Positions 1 through 9,515 of a stretch of DNA of 57,202 nt are shown piece by piece. The position numbers and the translations under genes were made by a program. The notes under the pieces are model-generated. The model did not search any database. It had not been told where the DNA came from and saw only the letters and a list, made by a program, of their open reading frames with translations. The stretch is from Rhodococcus sp. (in: high G+C Gram-positive bacteria) (GTDB lineage Bacteria; Actinomycetota; Actinomycetes; Mycobacteriales; Mycobacteriaceae): assembly GCA_049591685.1 (NCBI GenBank), contig JBAWFH010000052.1, one strand, 5' to 3'. Numbering within the stretch: the stretch's first letter is position 1; every line of letters starts with the position of its first letter.

Positions 1-94
1 CGATCAGACCGAGCACGACGACGGCCGCACCGATGGCGAGCGCACGACGACGCCAATAGATTTCGGGAGGCAAGGGCCCGGATGGTTGCAACAC
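1..94 (-). CDS. 5' end of conserved membrane protein (Rv3587c-like), truncated by window edge
   Basis: Manual translation from GTG at 94 gives MLQPSGPLPPEIYWRRRALAIGAAVVVLGLI. The GPLPxEIYWRRR N-terminus and position next to carbonic anhydrase match the Mycobacteriales gene order. Confidence 0.8.
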   Translation of the reverse strand, partial: MLQPSGPLPPEIYWRRRALAIGAAVVVLGLI

Positions 95-172
95 AGAACA
101 ACCGTATGCGTCACCAGCTCAGGCGCCGGGCAAGCGCATGCGGCGTGTCGCGGAACGCGTTGGCCTTTCGCG

Positions 173-796
173 TCAGGGCAGCTCGCCGATATTGCCGATG
201 ACCTCGCGCAACCGCGCCGTTCCCTCGGCCAGTGCGTAGGTCAAACCCACGATTGCGACGTCGCCGGATTCGACCTTGTCGGCGATGATCCGCGAACGCT
301 GCATCAACAGGTTGCCCGTCTCCTCGACGTGACGCGCCTCGAAATCGTCGACCGCGGTGAACCCATCGCGTCGCGCGCCCAGGACCGACGGGGTGACCCG
401 CTCGACCACGTCGCGGATGTATCCGCCCGGAGTGTTTCCGGAGTCGAGCGCGTCGATGGTCGCTTGCACGGCACCGCACTTGTCATGTCCGAGAACGACG
501 ATCAGCGGCGCGCCGAGGATCGCGACTCCGTACTCGATCGAGCCGAGCACCGACGAGTCGATGGTGTGGCCGGCCGTGCGGACGACGAACATGTCCCCGA
601 GACCCTGGTCGAAGATGATCTCGGCGGCGACGCGGGAGTCCGCGCACCCGAAGAGGATGGCCCCGGGGTTCTGACCCTCGGCCAGTCGCGTTCGGTCCTC
701 GATGCCCTGGCTGGGGTGCAGGGGCTCGCCGGCGACGAAGCGCTGATTACCCTCCTTGAGAGACTTCCATGCTGAGACTGGGTTCGTAGCTGGCAT
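173..796 (-). CDS. canB: beta-class carbonic anhydrase
   Basis: Zn ligands in CADSR and HDKCG, plus GDMFVVRTAG. Start placed at MPATNP; MTSM at 805 is also possible. Confidence 0.93.
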   Translation of the reverse strand: MPATNPVSAWKSLKEGNQRFVAGEPLHPSQGIEDRTRLAEGQNPGAILFGCADSRVAAEIIFDQGLGDMFVVRTAGHTIDSSVLGSIEYGVAILGAPLIVVLGHDKCGAVQATIDALDSGNTPGGYIRDVVERVTPSVLGARRDGFTAVDDFEARHVEETGNLLMQRSRIIADKVESGDVAIVGLTYALAEGTARLREVIGNIGELP

Positions 797-865
797 GGAT
801 GTCATTGTGCACCGACCGCGGACTACCGGCGAGTCGGGTGTGTTCGAAGAAAGGCTGCAGTTCAC

Positions 866-1762
866 GTGCCGATAGACACGACCGCTCTCCTCGGATGGTT
901 CGATGCAGAGGAACGCGACCTCCCCTGGCGGCGACCGGGCGTCAGCGCGTGGCAGATCCTGATGAGCGAGATCATGCTGCAGCAGACGCCGGTGTCCCGG
1001 GTCGCGCCGATCTGGTTGGACTGGGTCGAACGGTGGCCGGTCCCGTCGAAGATGGCGGCGTCGTCGCAGGCGGAAGTTCTACGAGCCTGGGGCAAGCTCG
1101 GCTATCCGCGACGGGCGCTGCGGCTCCACGAGTGCGCGCGGGTTCTCGCCGCCGAACACGGCGATGTCGTTCCCGCGGACGTCGACACGCTGCTCGGGTT
1201 ACCCGGCATCGGGGCATACACCGCGCGGGCGGTCGCGTGCTTCGCCTACGGCCGACGTGTACCCGTCGTCGACACCAATGTTCGCCGAGTCGTCGCCCGG
1301 GCCGTGCACGGACTCGCAGAGCCCGGCAACCCGTCGACGACCCGCGATCTCGCCGACGTCGAAGCCCTGCTCCCCGCCGACGAACCCCGCGCTGCCCGCT
1401 ACTCGGCAGCCCTGATGGAGCTCGGCGCCCTCATCTGTACGGCCAGGAACCCGGCGTGTCTGCTGTGCCCGCTGCCGGAATGCTCGTGGATCGAGGCGGG
1501 CCGGCCACCGCACACCGGGCCGGCGAAGAAGGTACAAAAATTCGCCGGCACCGACCGTCAGGTCCGGGGCAAACTGATGGCCGTACTGCGAGACAGTCAC
1601 GGCCCGGTCGAACGCGCAAGCCTCGACATCGTCTGGCTCACCGACCCGGGCCAACGCGACCGCGCACTGGACTCCCTGCTGACCGACGGTCTCGTCGAAC
1701 AAACCGAGTCCGGCCTGTTCGCCCTGGCCGGCGAAGGGGATACGGCTGCGCCGCCCGTGTGA
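866..1762 (+). CDS. mutY: A/G-specific adenine glycosylase
   Basis: RDLPWR, SEIMLQQT, LPGIGAYTA (HhH), VDTNVRRV and 4Fe-4S motif CTARNPACLLCPLPEC. Confidence 0.96.
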   Translation: MPIDTTALLGWFDAEERDLPWRRPGVSAWQILMSEIMLQQTPVSRVAPIWLDWVERWPVPSKMAASSQAEVLRAWGKLGYPRRALRLHECARVLAAEHGDVVPADVDTLLGLPGIGAYTARAVACFAYGRRVPVVDTNVRRVVARAVHGLAEPGNPSTTRDLADVEALLPADEPRAARYSAALMELGALICTARNPACLLCPLPECSWIEAGRPPHTGPAKKVQKFAGTDRQVRGKLMAVLRDSHGPVERASLDIVWLTDPGQRDRALDSLLTDGLVEQTESGLFALAGEGDTAAPPV

Positions 1763-1897
1763 AGGCGGCTCCGCCGCCCGTGTGCAAAAGGCGGCTCCGC
1801 CGCCCGTGTGCCAAAAGTGCTGCTGGAACAGCACTTTTCGCACACCGGTGCGTCAGCGCCTTCCGGCTGCGTCAGCGCCTTCCGGGTGCGTCAGCGC
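1750..1897. repeat. tandem duplications of both convergent gene ends flanking a hairpin
   Basis: gccgcccgtgtg x3 (1750-1811) copies the mutY end; 19-bp tgcgtcagcgccttccgg-type unit x~2.5 (1848-1897) copies the hydrolase stop region. Confidence 0.85.
1806..1845. terminator. hairpin between convergent genes, probable bidirectional terminator or REP-like palindrome
   Basis: gtgtgccaaaagtgctg-ctggaa-cagcacttttcgcacac inverted repeat. Confidence 0.7.
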
Positions 1898-2706
1898 AAG
1901 AAGTCCACAAGAATCTTGTTGACGACCGCGGGGCGCTCGAGGTAGCCGAAGTGCCCCGTGTCCGGAATTTCTTCGTAGCGTGCACCGGGGATGGCCTGTG
2001 CCACCTCGCGACTGAGATGTACCGGGATGAGCCGGTCGTCGGCGAATCCGACCACGAGGCACTTAGCGGCGATACCGCGGTACGCCGCCAACCGTTCCGA
2101 GCCGACGCGCATTTCGAGTCCGATCTGCGCTCGCTTTCCGGGACTCCGTCCGCTTGCGGAGAATTCGAGGACAGCAAGCCAATCGCCGATGGCCTGCTCG
2201 TCGCGAAGCGTCGCCGGGGAGAAGTTGTTCATCGCGGTGATCGCTGCGCGGTACGACGCCGGGAGCGTGACGCCCGCGTCATAGAGGTCTCGTTCACCCT
2301 GCGCCATTGCTTTCTGCATTGCCGACGACCGACCGTAGGTGGCCATCATCACCGCGTGCGAGACGAGGTCGGGCCGCGCCAACGCGAGCTCCTGTGTGAC
2401 GCGGGCGCCCATCGAGGTTCCGACCACACGCGCACGCATGCCGCCGAGATGCTCGATGAGGGCCGCGGTGTCCGCGACTAGATCGTCGAGCACCATTCCG
2501 TCGGCGCATTCCGACGAGGGAGCGATACCGCGGTTGTCGAACGTCGCGACCGTGAACCCGGCTCCGACGAGCGCCGGGACCTGATGTGCCTTCCACACCC
2601 GCCCACCGCTACCGGTGCCCATGACCAGCACGACGAGTGGGCCGCTGCCGGTGACCTCGTAGTTGATTTCGATTCCGTTGATCTTTGCCGACGACATTCG
2701 CGTCAT
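1891..2706 (-). CDS. alpha/beta hydrolase (non-heme peroxidase/BpoC-like)
   Basis: GTSMG nucleophile elbow, FDNRG, DDRL, GHFGYLE. ATG at 2706 overlaps the upstream stop (ATGA); the longer ORF N-terminus is shadow sequence. Confidence 0.88.
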   Translation of the reverse strand: MTRMSSAKINGIEINYEVTGSGPLVVLVMGTGSGGRVWKAHQVPALVGAGFTVATFDNRGIAPSSECADGMVLDDLVADTAALIEHLGGMRARVVGTSMGARVTQELALARPDLVSHAVMMATYGRSSAMQKAMAQGERDLYDAGVTLPASYRAAITAMNNFSPATLRDEQAIGDWLAVLEFSASGRSPGKRAQIGLEMRVGSERLAAYRGIAAKCLVVGFADDRLIPVHLSREVAQAIPGARYEEIPDTGHFGYLERPAVVNKILVDFLR

Positions 2707-3440
2707 GGTAGCCGCGTCAGGAACTCCGATACTGCCGCCCGATATGCCTTGGGCTGCTCGTCGTGGACCAGGTGTGCGGCATCCGGCACGACGACATGCG
2801 TCGAGTGCGGGTTCCGGGCGTGCATCTCGCGCATCTGACCGTCGGGGGTGATTCCGGATGCACCCTGGATCAGCAGCGAAGGAACGGCGATGGCGTCCCA
2901 CTCGTCCCAGAAGTGCCGCGTGCCCCACTCCGACGAGATCGCCTCGAACGTCGTCACATCGCCGTGCAGGTAGAAGCCGTCGGGACGTTCGATGAACGAA
3001 TCGATGAAGTATCTGCCCGCGACGGCTCCGAAGTGGTCGAGCACGTCCTGCTCGGTGGCGAACGGCTGCGGCCACTCCCGGATCATGGCCGCCCAAGCGG
3101 CGGCGGTTCGGCCACGAAAATCGGGGGCGATGTCTTCGACGACGAGGGCCGCCACGAGGTCGGGCCGCTCGGCCGCGAGGCACCAACCGTGCAGCGAGCC
3201 CATGGAATGGCCGATGACCGTCGTGCGCCCGATCGTGTCCGCGTGCCGGGCGAGGTCCGCGACGAACTCCTCGGTACGCAGCGACGTCGGTGGTGGGCGC
3301 CGATGCCCCGGCGCGTCGTACGAGTAGACATGGCCGAACTCGCGCAGCCACGGCACCTGCCTGCGCCACGTTCGAGCGCTGCCCATCAACCCGTGCAGAA
3401 GCAGGATCGGATCACCGGATCCACCCTCGTCGTGCAACAT
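2703..3440 (-). CDS. alpha/beta hydrolase (Rv3591c-like)
   Basis: LLHGLMG, GHSMG, AAHLVH; divergent from mhuD as in mycobacteria. Confidence 0.9.
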   Translation of the reverse strand: MLHDEGGSGDPILLLHGLMGSARTWRRQVPWLREFGHVYSYDAPGHRRPPPTSLRTEEFVADLARHADTIGRTTVIGHSMGSLHGWCLAAERPDLVAALVVEDIAPDFRGRTAAAWAAMIREWPQPFATEQDVLDHFGAVAGRYFIDSFIERPDGFYLHGDVTTFEAISSEWGTRHFWDEWDAIAVPSLLIQGASGITPDGQMREMHARNPHSTHVVVPDAAHLVHDEQPKAYRAAVSEFLTRLP

Positions 3441-3476
3441 CCCTCCGAGCGTAGTGACGCAGGTAGCCTGACCGAC

Positions 3477-3785
3477 ATGGCAGTCGTGAAGATCAACGCA
3501 ATCGAGGTACCCGAGGGCGCAGGCCCCGAGTTGGAAAAGCGGTTCGCCGCGCGCGCCGGAGCCGTCGAAGGGTCACCGGGATTCCTCGGGTTCCAGCTTC
3601 TTCGGCCCGTCAAGGGTGAATCTCGGTACTTCGTCGTGACGCAGTGGGCGACGGAGGAAGCGTTTCAGCAGTGGGCGTCGGGGCCTGCGCGCGAAGCACA
3701 CTCCGGCGAACGAGCGAAGCCGGTGGCGTCGGGGGCCTCACTGCTCGAATTCGAGGTCGTACTGGACGTGCCTGCCAAGGCCTGA
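3477..3785 (+). CDS. mhuD: mycobilin-forming heme oxygenase (ABM superfamily)
   Basis: MAVVKINAIEVPEGAGPELEKRF...PGFLGFQLLRP...W...AH...LLEFEVVLDV; syntenic with Rv3592. Confidence 0.9.
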   Translation: MAVVKINAIEVPEGAGPELEKRFAARAGAVEGSPGFLGFQLLRPVKGESRYFVVTQWATEEAFQQWASGPAREAHSGERAKPVASGASLLEFEVVLDVPAKA

Positions 3786-4506
3786 CCTGGCGAGCTCGGG
3801 CTCGCCGTACACCGCGAATCCGGTGCCGCGGTTTTTGGCGGTGTACATCGCGATGTCCGCTCGCCTCAGGAGGAGGTCGTCGGGGTCCGCGGTGAACTGC
3901 TCGTCCACGGCGACGCCGATACTCGCGGACACCGTGATGCCGTAACCGTCGATGTTGAACGGGGCGTCGAGATCGCGCAGGATCCCGCGGGCCAGCTCCT
4001 CGGGATTCGGACCCCTGTGCAGTACGACGAACTCGTTGCCGCCGAATCGGGACACGGTGTCACCCTCCGCGGCAGCGCCGGCGAGGACGTGGGCTACTGC
4101 TTGCAGTGCACGGTCGCCGACGGCATGTCCCTTCGTGTCGTTGATCATTTTGAAATTGTCGAGGTCGATCACCAGAACGGTTATTGCACAGGAGTTTCCG
4201 TGGGTTCGCACGTCCTCGCTTCGCTGCCGAGCCAGCACCCTGTTCGGCAGACCCGTCAGAGGATCGTGCATGGTTCGCCGCCGGAGTTCGTTCTCGAGCT
4301 CGTCACGCCTGATGGCAGCGGACAGCACTCCGGCGACCGTGTGAAGGAAGGAGGGCTCACCGTCCTCGAAGTGCCTGGGGTCGGCGCTGTAGACACCTGT
4401 CGGCTGTAGCGGCGAATTCGGCCACCCAGTCCTCGACGTACGGCTCCGCTTTTTCGCACTCCACTCGGCCCACGTCGACCCGCACACGGGTCGGTTACAG
4501 CTGTCA
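3738..4506 (-). pseudogene. GAF-GGDEF protein remnant with internal deletion/frameshift
   Basis: DPLTGLPNR, DLDNFKMIND, SRFGGNEF and ADIAMYTAK are present. Only the last strand and helix of a GAF-like domain (GVYSADPRHF...FLHTVAGVL) precede them, and the upstream sequence is out of frame. The 3' end overlaps mhuD by 48 bp. Confidence 0.65.
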
Positions 4507-4543
4507 TCGGGAGTTCACGCTCCCGGTCAGGGCAACACACAAT

Positions 4544-6874
4544 TCAGGTTCGCGACGCAGCCGATGCGACAGTGCGGGTGAGCGAGGCCGGCGAGATCGT
4601 GCTCCCCCACTCCAATGCGCAGGGATCGAGCTCGGTTTCGATGCGCTCGACGAGCGCTTCCAGTTCTTCTGGTGGAACGGGCCGACCGATGTGAAAGCCC
4701 TGTGCGCCGTCGCAGCCCAAATCGCGGAGCCGCACGAGGGTCTCGGCATCCTCGACGCCTTCCGCCACCACGGTCATACCCAGGCTCCGTGCGAGTTCGA
4801 TGGTGGAGCCGACGATCGAGCTGTTGGTCGGCTGCGTATTCATCGCAGTCACGAACGACTTGTCGATCTTGAGGGTCTGCACCGGGAGTGTGCGAAGGTA
4901 CGCCAGGGAGCTGTATCCGGTTCCGTAGTCGTCGATGGCCACGGTCACCCCCATGTCGCGGAGGGCGACGAGCGAGTCCACCGAGCGCCTGGGGTCGGTC
5001 ATCGCGGTGGTCTCGGTGATTTCGAATTCGACTGCGGTAGCGGGAACGTCGTGTCTCTGCAGCGCGCCGGACACCTGGTCCACCAGCGTCGGGTCCAGCA
5101 GGTTACGAACCGAGAGGTTGACCGAAACACCGAAGTCGGGACGACGCGCTCTCATCGTGCTGCAGCATTCGAGGGAGCCTTCGAGCACGTATGCGGTGAT
5201 GGCGGGCAGCATTCCGGTGCGCTCGGCATCGGGCAGGAACAGGCAGGGAGCGATCAGCCCTTCACGCGGGTGCTGCCAGCGGAGCAGTGCCTCGACGCCG
5301 GACACCTTGCGCGTGTGCAGATTCAGGCACGGCTGAAAGAACACGCGGAGTTGACGTTCGCGCAGAGCTGTTTCGAGTTCACCGAGAAGTCTCATCTGAT
5401 CGTGCCGGTCACTGTCCATGTACGGCAGGTACACGGACGCACGGGCGTGGCCGTGCTTGGCTGCGGTGAGGGCAACATGTGCGTGTTGCAGAAGGCATTC
5501 CGCGTCCACATCAACGAGGTCGGAAGATTGGACGACACCGACGGTGGCGTCGAGGGCAACGTTGATGTCACGGACGAACATCGTCCGGCTCACGGCGGTG
5601 AGAAAAAGTTCGGCGCATTCCAGCGCGGTTCCCGGCATGCGCTTACCCGTCATGGACACCACGAATTGATCCCCGCCGAGCCGCCCGACAACGGAGTCGG
5701 TCGTCGCAGCAGACCTCAGACGCTGCCCGATCCTGCGCAGCACGCGGTCACCCACCGGGTAACCGAACGTCTCGTTGATCTGAGCGAAACGGTCGATGTC
5801 GACGATGAACACGATCACGCCGTCGTCTTCGGCCTCGACGATCAACAGTTCGAGCAGTTCGCCGAGATGCCGGCGGTTGGCCAGACCCGTCACCGGATCC
5901 GACACCGCGGCGACGGTCAATGCGTCGGCTTGCTTGCGCAGCACCGACAGGAAACAAGCCATCCGGGCGGCAACGAGCACGACGGCAACGACCGACGCGC
6001 CGAAAACCACCCAGCCCCATTCGGCGACGGCAATTCCGCGGGCGAGTTGGATACCCATCACGGCGGGAGACATCAGCGCTGCGATGGACAGTCCGGTCAA
6101 CCGGGCGCGATCGACGATGCGCCGAGCGCCGAGCGACCCCTCCCGCGCAGCCCACAGTTTCCGCGCTGGATACAGGGCGGCGGAGGTCAACAACACGTAG
6201 CCGACCAGCCAGCCTGCGCTCACGTACGTGAGCTCACGGAACCGGAGGGTGTCGACCGCGGTGTACATCGCCCAGCCTGAAGCGGACACCGCCAGCAACG
6301 CCATACCGGTGAACGCAAACGGGACCGTTCTAGCCCGCTTGGACAGCAGGACGACGATCATCAGCGACGCCAGAAACCCGTCGGCACTAGCGTACGCAAC
6401 CACGGGCCAGTACAAGGAGAACGATTCGACGCCCAGAGCGACATACGTCTTGGTGCCGACCACGAAGATCCACGCCGTCAACCCGAGGCCCGTCGCGACG
6501 ATCAATCCTTCGAGTACGTCCTGGATGTGGAAGACGCGGCCTCTCTCGTCCCTGATCGACAGCAGTCCGGCGACGACGAGACCGTGTCCCAGGAGATAGG
6601 CGGCGTCGGCCGACGACACGATGGGAACCACGTCCCCGCCGAGGAGGCGGATTCCTGTCACCAGATCACCTACCGCCCACGACGTCAGCCCGAGAAGCAG
6701 CAGTTGCCAGGAGCGCCTGTTGATCTCGTGCCGATGGTGTCCGCCGAAGCCGAATGCGAGCACACAGGCCGTCGTGACTGCGGCGTACACCGCAATACGG
6801 GGGACGCCTGCCGGCACCAACAGGTATGCGACGACACCCGTTGACCCCGCTGCGAGGAACCACGACCACCTCAT
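4544..6874 (-). CDS. membrane-bound GGDEF-EAL protein, probable c-di-GMP phosphodiesterase
   Basis: Multi-TM N-terminus, degenerate GGDQF motif, intact EALLRW, DDYGTGYSS, AEGVE and QG. Confidence 0.92.
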   Translation of the reverse strand: MRWSWFLAAGSTGVVAYLLVPAGVPRIAVYAAVTTACVLAFGFGGHHRHEINRRSWQLLLLGLTSWAVGDLVTGIRLLGGDVVPIVSSADAAYLLGHGLVVAGLLSIRDERGRVFHIQDVLEGLIVATGLGLTAWIFVVGTKTYVALGVESFSLYWPVVAYASADGFLASLMIVVLLSKRARTVPFAFTGMALLAVSASGWAMYTAVDTLRFRELTYVSAGWLVGYVLLTSAALYPARKLWAAREGSLGARRIVDRARLTGLSIAALMSPAVMGIQLARGIAVAEWGWVVFGASVVAVVLVAARMACFLSVLRKQADALTVAAVSDPVTGLANRRHLGELLELLIVEAEDDGVIVFIVDIDRFAQINETFGYPVGDRVLRRIGQRLRSAATTDSVVGRLGGDQFVVSMTGKRMPGTALECAELFLTAVSRTMFVRDINVALDATVGVVQSSDLVDVDAECLLQHAHVALTAAKHGHARASVYLPYMDSDRHDQMRLLGELETALRERQLRVFFQPCLNLHTRKVSGVEALLRWQHPREGLIAPCLFLPDAERTGMLPAITAYVLEGSLECCSTMRARRPDFGVSVNLSVRNLLDPTLVDQVSGALQRHDVPATAVEFEITETTAMTDPRRSVDSLVALRDMGVTVAIDDYGTGYSSLAYLRTLPVQTLKIDKSFVTAMNTQPTNSSIVGSTIELARSLGMTVVAEGVEDAETLVRLRDLGCDGAQGFHIGRPVPPEELEALVERIETELDPCALEWGSTISPASLTRTVASAASRT

Positions 6875-7121
6875 ACCTCGAGTGTGTCCTTTCCTGGTCC
6901 CCCAACCACCGTTGTGTCCGCTCGCTCAGAAAACAACCTGCGCGCCTGGCATTCGATACCGATTGCCTGATGGATCGGTTGATCCTCCAAACAATTGCAG
7001 ACAACACAACCGGCCCGCTATGGCGGTTCCCCGGCAATGGCCGTCGAGCGGTGTTTCACTGTGCTCGATGCCGGGGAATCGAACCGGTAACGGGCCGGTC
7101 GCACGCAGTCAACAGCCGAGG

Positions 7122-7559
7122 TCAGGACTCCAGCGACGCATCCAGGGTGATCTCCACACCGGTCAGCGCCTTGCTCACCGGGCACGTGTCCTTGGCATCC
7201 TGGGCCGCCTTCGCGAAGCCCTCTGCATCGAGGCCGTCGACCTCCCCGCGAACCGTGAGCTTGATACCCGTCAACTTGAAGCCCGGGTTGTCGGGCCCCA
7301 ACGACACGTCAGCCGTGACCTCCAGGCTCTGCGGAGTGCCACCCGCCTCGGCGATGAGTGCCGAGAGCTGCATTGCGAAGCACGACGAGTGAGCGGCGGC
7401 AATGAGCTCTTCCGGGCTGGTGGTGCCGTCGGCGTTCTCGGCGGCACGCTTGGGGAACGACACGTCGAAGGTCGCGGCACCCGAACTCGAGAGCTCGACC
7501 TGACCGGATCCTTCTTCCAAGCTGCCGTTCCAGGCCGTGCGAGAGGTACGTGTTGGCAT
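7122..7559 (-). CDS. osmC: OsmC-family peroxiredoxin
   Basis: WNGSLEEGSG, TSPEELIAAAHSSCF and CPVSKAL (two catalytic Cys). Confidence 0.92.
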   Translation of the reverse strand: MPTRTSRTAWNGSLEEGSGQVELSSSGAATFDVSFPKRAAENADGTTSPEELIAAAHSSCFAMQLSALIAEAGGTPQSLEVTADVSLGPDNPGFKLTGIKLTVRGEVDGLDAEGFAKAAQDAKDTCPVSKALTGVEITLDASLES

Positions 7560-7617
7560 GGTTGTGTCAGTCCTTTCGTTTCGGACTCCACCGATCGGCG
7601 GAGTCGTCCGCCCCAGG

Positions 7618-9213
7618 CTAACCGGCTGCCACGTCGGGCGTTCCCGATCGCACGACGTCGATCGAATGGTATTGCCTCAGAAGGGCTTTCTCGCGATCAT
7701 GTTTGGGAAATGCACAGAAGACCAGTGCCGCGCCGACGAGAACCACACCGAGGGCAGCGGCATACGATCGCTGATCGCCGTCCAGAAACGCCTGCTTCGC
7801 AGCAGCGACGATCTGATCACCGTACTGCGGGTACCGTTCCGCAAGATCGACGGCGGACGAGAAAGATTTGGTCAAAGCCGCCTGGGTGTCGGCGCTGATC
7901 GACCCCGCGTTCGGCGAACTCGCAATCTGCGCCGACAGCGACGCCGCGTACCCGGCGGTGAGCAAGGCACCCAGCGTCGACTGCATGATCGCCCCGCCCA
8001 GATCGCGCTGCAGATCGGCGGTGCCCGAGGCCATTCCGGCTCGATCGACCGGAACCGAACCGGTCAACGACCGCGACGCAGGAGTACCTGCAAAGCCGAC
8101 CCCCACCCCGAACAACACGTAACCGGCGGCGACGGACCCGTACGACGCGTCCTCCTTCCACGTCGCCCAGGCAACCACGAGACCAGCGACGATGAACGCA
8201 TACCCAACAAGAAGGGTGAACCGAGACCCACGCGATTCGACCAATTTCGCGGACTGCGGTGCGACCACCACCATGGCCGCAGCCGCAGGGAGCGTCGACG
8301 CACCGGCTGCGAGCGTCGAGTAACCGAGGACGTTCTGCAGAAACTGCTGCCCGACGAAGATGACGCCCATCAACGACCCGAACACGATGATCCCCGCGAG
8401 TCCCGCCACCCAGAACGTGCGACGCCGCGCGATCGCGAGGTCGTAGAGCGGAAACTTCGTTCTCGACTGCCGAACGACGAACGCCGCACCGGCCGCAAGG
8501 GCAATCACTCCAACGCCCATCGCTGTCGTACCCATCCCGTCGACCGGTGCGAAATTGATGCCGAGCACCAGAGCTGCAATGAACACCACCGAGATGATGC
8601 CGCCGAGATTGTCGACTGGATCGATCGACTCGTTGACGTGGGCGGGGACGAACAGCGCCGCGAGGACGAGCGCCAGAACCGCCAGCGGCGAGGTAACCAG
8701 AAACACCGAGCCCCAATGGAACTTCTCCAGCATCGCGCCCGACAACAACGGCCCCATTGCCGACAACGCACCTCCCAACGCAGACCACAGTGCGATCGCC
8801 TTCGTTCTCGGCGGACCCGACCACAACGCGGTGATCAACGCGAGCGTCGTCGGATACGCGAGCCCCGCAGACACACCGCCGAGCAATCTCGCGCCGAACA
8901 AAACCTCGAAATTGGGCGCAAAGGCCGCAATCACACACGCCGGAATCGACAACGCCATGCCCAGAATTAGCAACAGCTTGCGCCCGTACCGATCGCCGAT
9001 GGCCCCCAGATACAACACCGACGCCGCGAGACCCAGCGAATACGCCACCGCGATCAGATTGAGCTGCGTCTGACTCGCGTCGAAGTCACGACCGATCTCC
9101 GGCAACGCGACGTTCGCGACAGCGAGATTCAAGTTCGCCACAGCCGCCACCAGCACGAGCACCAACAGCACCAACGTCGCCCGCGGCGGCACCGAACCCT
9201 TGTCGACGGTCAC
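7618..9213 (-). CDS. MFS transporter (DHA2-like, 14 TM)
   Basis: NVALPEI, GAIGDRYGRK (motif A), GPLLSG; many hydrophobic segments. Confidence 0.9.
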   Translation of the reverse strand: MTVDKGSVPPRATLVLLVLVLVAAVANLNLAVANVALPEIGRDFDASQTQLNLIAVAYSLGLAASVLYLGAIGDRYGRKLLLILGMALSIPACVIAAFAPNFEVLFGARLLGGVSAGLAYPTTLALITALWSGPPRTKAIALWSALGGALSAMGPLLSGAMLEKFHWGSVFLVTSPLAVLALVLAALFVPAHVNESIDPVDNLGGIISVVFIAALVLGINFAPVDGMGTTAMGVGVIALAAGAAFVVRQSRTKFPLYDLAIARRRTFWVAGLAGIIVFGSLMGVIFVGQQFLQNVLGYSTLAAGASTLPAAAAMVVVAPQSAKLVESRGSRFTLLVGYAFIVAGLVVAWATWKEDASYGSVAAGYVLFGVGVGFAGTPASRSLTGSVPVDRAGMASGTADLQRDLGGAIMQSTLGALLTAGYAASLSAQIASSPNAGSISADTQAALTKSFSSAVDLAERYPQYGDQIVAAAKQAFLDGDQRSYAAALGVVLVGAALVFCAFPKHDREKALLRQYHSIDVVRSGTPDVAAG

Positions 9214-9300
9214 GCAGAACAGTCAAGCCCACCTCGGCCCCAAGCGCCTCACCTTCGGCGTGCGAACTTACTTTTGGAGTCCCGACCTGCCCGCACCCAC

Positions 9301-9353
9301 CGCTCGAATGGACCCTGGTAGCTGATAAATCGTATGGATGGACCATTCAAGCG
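9301..9353. repeat. 53-bp dispersed palindromic element (REP/MITE-like), copy 1
   Basis: Termini cgctcgaatg...cattcaagcg; colinear with the reverse complement of 44592-44644. Confidence 0.75.
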
Positions 9354-9377
9354 GCGGTGGGTGGTGCGTGCGCCCCA

Positions 9378-9466
9378 GCCGAGCGGATCAAGGGCCGAGC
9401 GGATCAAGGGCCGAGCGCAACGTGGCCGAACGCAACGTGGCCGAACGCAACGTGGCCGAACGCAAC
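9378..9466. repeat. tandem repeats (16-bp x2, then 15-bp x~4)
   Basis: gccgagcggatcaagg x2 followed by gccgaacgcaacgtg repeats. Confidence 0.9.
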
Positions 9467-9500
9467 AAGGGCCGCACCCCGGGTGGGGTGCGGCCCTTGT
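9465..9500 (-). terminator. intrinsic terminator of clpC1
   Basis: Perfect 16-bp stem acaagggccgcacccc/ggggtgcggcccttgt, 15 bp after the clpC1 stop. Confidence 0.85.
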
Positions 9501-9515
9501 GTGCAGTCCGACTAC

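Noticed and set aside
832..850. gttcga half-site upstream of mutY as an SOS box
   Set aside because: The left half does not match TCGAAC, and there is no properly spaced PafBC motif.
866..1762. MutY lacking the C-terminal MutT-like domain
   Set aside because: A short MutY of about 300 aa is normal in Mycobacteriales.
2707..3369. Extended N-terminus of the 492-aa ORF 1891-3369
   Set aside because: It overlaps the adjacent hydrolase in another frame; the real start is the coupled ATG at 2706.
9378..9466. ORFs reading through the repeats (GRTQR / NATWP peptides)
   Set aside because: Translation artefacts of an intergenic tandem repeat beside a terminator.
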